The position numbers and the translations under genes were made by a program. A stretch of 33,930 nt of DNA from a virus. Its lineage: Duplodnaviria; Caudoviricetes. Under the pieces are notes generated by a model. It saw only the letters and a list, made by a program, of their open reading frames with translations. It did not search any database and was not told the origin of the DNA. Below are positions 33,889-33,930 of this stretch, in pieces. Each line of letters begins with the position of its first letter. Within the stretch, counting starts at the first letter, position 1. Location of the stretch: IMG/VR virus record IMGVR_UViG_3300025534_000198, positions 1-33,930 of that record. One strand, given 5' to 3'.

Positions 33889-33930
33889 ATGCCATACCAA
33901 ATCGACCCGCTTCCGATGCCTTCCGCTGAC
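33889..33930 (+). CDS. Start of next gene, 3'-truncated
   Basis: GAGG RBS, ATG 33889 (MPYQIDPLPMPSAD), open to the window end. Confidence 0.5.
   Translation, partial: MPYQIDPLPMPSAD

Noticed and set aside
1-33930. tRNA, rRNA, integrase or transposase genes
   Set aside because: No cloverleaf with a T-loop consensus in the intergenic gaps and no recombinase or transposase motifs seen by eye; tRNAscan-SE would be needed to exclude tRNAs formally.
1-33930. Full genetic-code reassignment (TAG read as Gln)
   Set aside because: All large genes are intact under code 11; only one internal TAG was found, in an ORF that is also frameshifted.

Overview
This 33.9 kb window reads as part of a large, GC-rich (roughly 60-65% by eye), lytic tailed-phage genome, probably a jumbo myovirus. 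Support: densely packed, translationally coupled genes; T4-type replication genes (family B DNA polymerase, sliding-clamp-like protein, T4 RNase H-like 5'-3' exonuclease, ATP-dependent ligase); T4-like late promoters ((C/A)TAAATA, one perfect TATAAATA) upstream of virion genes; and a spanin pair. Host-type TTGAC-N16/17-TAnnnT promoters and a CBM-GH16 gene suggest an alphaproteobacterial host (inference). From left to right: spanins, DnaJ and ClpA; a minus-strand trio with a stand-alone nucleotidyltransferase; a late structural block of repeat-rich fibre/decoration proteins that share modules; an RyR-domain protein; DNA ligase with a converging NUMOD3/HNH endonuclease; a coupled accessory operon; a GH16 gene; a family of small paralogues including a pseudogene; and a replication/repair block. 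The most notable items are (1) a four-gene cassette of RelA/SpoT-type HD hydrolase, MazG-like pyrophosphatase, cupin and a stand-alone class IIb aminoacyl-tRNA-synthetase catalytic core, (2) a structured clpA leader whose hairpin loop is exactly complementary to the Shine-Dalgarno region, and (3) a recurring ATTTTCAGA-like leader motif. All family calls come from motif recognition by eye; no searches were run.
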